Source of the DNA: Spirochaetota bacterium
Lineage (GTDB): Bacteria; Spirochaetota; UBA4802; UBA5550
Direction of reading: 5' to 3'
NCBI GenBank assembly: GCA_050298055.1
Contig: JBNKTL010000057.1
Location: 2,313 to 20,865 of the forward strand
Length of the DNA: 18,553 nt
In this document: one piece after another, positions 16,859 to 18,553 of the stretch
Numbering within the stretch: the stretch's first letter is position 1
How the letters are laid out: each line of letters opens with the position of its first letter
Notes under the pieces: model-generated
Seen by the model: the letters and a program-made list of their open reading frames with translations, nothing else
The model's database searches: none
Told to the model about the DNA's origin: nothing
Translations under genes and position numbers: made by a program

Positions 16859-16923
16859 AATATAATAAATATTTCATTTATGTCAATACCCCATGTAATG
16901 AACGCTACGTGGAGTGTAATGAA
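16859..16923 (-). promoter_or_regulatory. Sigma70-like promoter with an upstream 9-bp direct-repeat operator
   Basis: Minus strand TTGACA (16881-16886), N16, TATATT (16859-16864). TGTAATGAA is repeated exactly at 16894-16902 and 16915-16923, 21 bp apart. Confidence 0.6.
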
Positions 16924-16978
16924 TGACATCTATTTTTTTAAAAAGGGTATTTTCTTGACATATATTTATTTATGTTCA

Positions 16979-18544
16979 CTATCCCTTCCAGTTACCCGAT
17001 TTCTCTGCCTTTTTAATTTTTTTTATCCAGACCTCAACTGCTTCCTCATAGATATCGGGAATATCTTCCAACAACCTGCGGGCCCTTTTAAAATCACCTG
17101 AAAGCGCCGCGTCCCTGGACTTTCGAAATATCCGGATCTTTTCCCTGATCTTTTTCGCAACAAAGGAATAATCACCTTTTAGTGAGAAAACGGCTTCATC
17201 TATCCTCCCCTGGGAAAAAAGCTTATAACCCTCCATCCAGCTGAGTTCATCATCATCTTCTTCCTCTTCATCTTCCTCCTCCTCTTCCGGGGGAATGAAA
17301 TAGACAAAGTCGGCAATATCCATAAGCATAAAATCGTGGTAAGCAGACTGGGAAAAGTCCAGGGCATTGTGAGGGAAAAGGGACACGGTGCTGATATGAG
17401 CCCCCCTGCCATCTGCCATCCTTTTGATCCTCCCGGGCAGTGAAACCCTGTAGGCCGTGTGAAGAGCCCCCACGCAGACAACCATACAGATGCCCGGATT
17501 CTCCACAAGATAATCCGTAATGGCCTCGCTCATGGTATCTTCCCATATGCATTGCCCCGGGTATAAGGTCTCCACATTCAATCCCATCTCAACCATGTCC
17601 TGGAAGTTCCACCGGGTAATCTTCCGGTGCAGTTTATCACCATAATCTATATCATGAGGGAAGAGGGCCCGTTCCTTTTTGCCCAGGGAACCGGGGTCCG
17701 CCTTGAACTTCTCCATGAGTTTATGGGGAGGGTTAAGTCCCAGGAGCCTGATATTGTTCTCCCTGGCGTAGATAAAAATGTCCCTGTAGAGACCGTACCA
17801 GTCGGGGGTCCAGCACCTGTTATAGACATGATGGATAAAGCGGTTCTCATTAATTTTACCTGTCACAAAATCATCCAGCCCCTTCTGAATGCTCCGGGAG
17901 CGGTCAAACATCTCGAAGCCGATAACAATTTCCCTGCCCTTCCCCTTCAGCGACCTGATAAGGTCAAGCTGCAACCGGTGCGACTCCGGGGAGTCATGGA
18001 CCTCACCCGCGAGAATAACATCCGCCCCTGAAATTTTATCCGCAAGACTCTCATGTTTCAGTGCCGATTTGTTCAGGGTATCAAGGATGATCCCCTGTGC
18101 CTGAAGGTCTCTTTTTTCAAGGAGCCTCATGAATGTTTTTATGTAATGAACAAACTGCTTCTCATTGAGAACAGGTCTCAGGGCATGGGACGAGTAGAAT
18201 GTGGGACTGAACTTTCTCCTCCCTTTTTTCAGGGCCCCGGAAGAGTTCCCCTTCTCCAGAAGTGAAAGTGCAAGCATTTCAACACCCTTCCTGTCATACA
18301 ATGACGCTTTCACGAGACCACTCAAAGGATAATTATCCAGGTACCGGCATTTTACACTCTTTCCTTTTCCCCGGGTGAAATAATAAACGTCAGCCTGCCG
18401 GTTTCTCCCTGCTACCGGGACCTTCTCTTTCCCCCTGCCGCTCCCCGCGGAGAGGGAATCCGGTATAATCCCTTTAAGGAAGGGAAGGAGTTCATGGACC
18501 GCGGGGATTTTTCCCGCGGGATATTCTTTATTGTATTCCGCCAC
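16979..18544 (-). CDS. ChaN-family (EreA/TIKI/ChaN superfamily) domain protein with N-terminal extension, acidic linker and helical tail; possibly 5'-partial
   Basis: ADVILAGEVHD, IGFEMF, WYGLYRDIF, GLNPP, QCIWEDTMSEAI, VCVGALH. The frame stays open to the window end (ACG GTC CCT before the GTG at 18544). Confidence 0.8.
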   Translation of the reverse strand: MAEYNKEYPAGKIPAVHELLPFLKGIIPDSLSAGSGRGKEKVPVAGRNRQADVYYFTRGKGKSVKCRYLDNYPLSGLVKASLYDRKGVEMLALSLLEKGNSSGALKKGRRKFSPTFYSSHALRPVLNEKQFVHYIKTFMRLLEKRDLQAQGIILDTLNKSALKHESLADKISGADVILAGEVHDSPESHRLQLDLIRSLKGKGREIVIGFEMFDRSRSIQKGLDDFVTGKINENRFIHHVYNRCWTPDWYGLYRDIFIYARENNIRLLGLNPPHKLMEKFKADPGSLGKKERALFPHDIDYGDKLHRKITRWNFQDMVEMGLNVETLYPGQCIWEDTMSEAITDYLVENPGICMVVCVGALHTAYRVSLPGRIKRMADGRGAHISTVSLFPHNALDFSQSAYHDFMLMDIADFVYFIPPEEEEEDEEEEDDDELSWMEGYKLFSQGRIDEAVFSLKGDYSFVAKKIREKIRIFRKSRDAALSGDFKRARRLLEDIPDIYEEAVEVWIKKIKKAEKSGNWKG

Positions 18545-18553
18545 AGGGACCGT

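Noticed and set aside
17246..17287. TTC/TCC/TCA trinucleotide run as a repeat element
   Set aside because: It is fully explained by the Glu/Asp linker codons of the ChaN-like gene.

Overview
This looks like a bacterial chromosomal window from an anaerobe (inferred from the ferredoxin-type oxidoreductase), with nearly all genes on the minus strand. From left to right it holds: a palindromic repeat element; an orphan ATP-grasp ligase (+); acyl-CoA dehydrogenase, a YheT-like hydrolase and a GAF-GGDEF diguanylate cyclase; a short scar of two decayed + strand gene fragments (an AAA-ATPase-type wHTH tail and a HEAT-repeat fragment); and a DUF2179 membrane protein. Next is a four-gene 2-oxoacid oxidoreductase operon (gamma, GltD/NfnB-like flavoprotein fused to a delta-like ferredoxin, alpha, beta), then sfsA and a signalling cluster (hybrid kinase, NarL-type regulator, atypical STAS protein, REC-PAS-HD-GYP). 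The window ends with a 51-aa Cys-rich protein missed by the ORF track and a ChaN-domain protein with extra domains, possibly 5'-truncated by the window edge. I see no complete, clearly new system. The best leads are the flavoprotein-ferredoxin-fused oxidoreductase, the small zinc-ribbon gene with its own promoter and repeated operator, a foldback MITE-like element present in two related copies, and the orphan ATP-grasp ligase. All calls come from reading motifs by eye; no searches were run.
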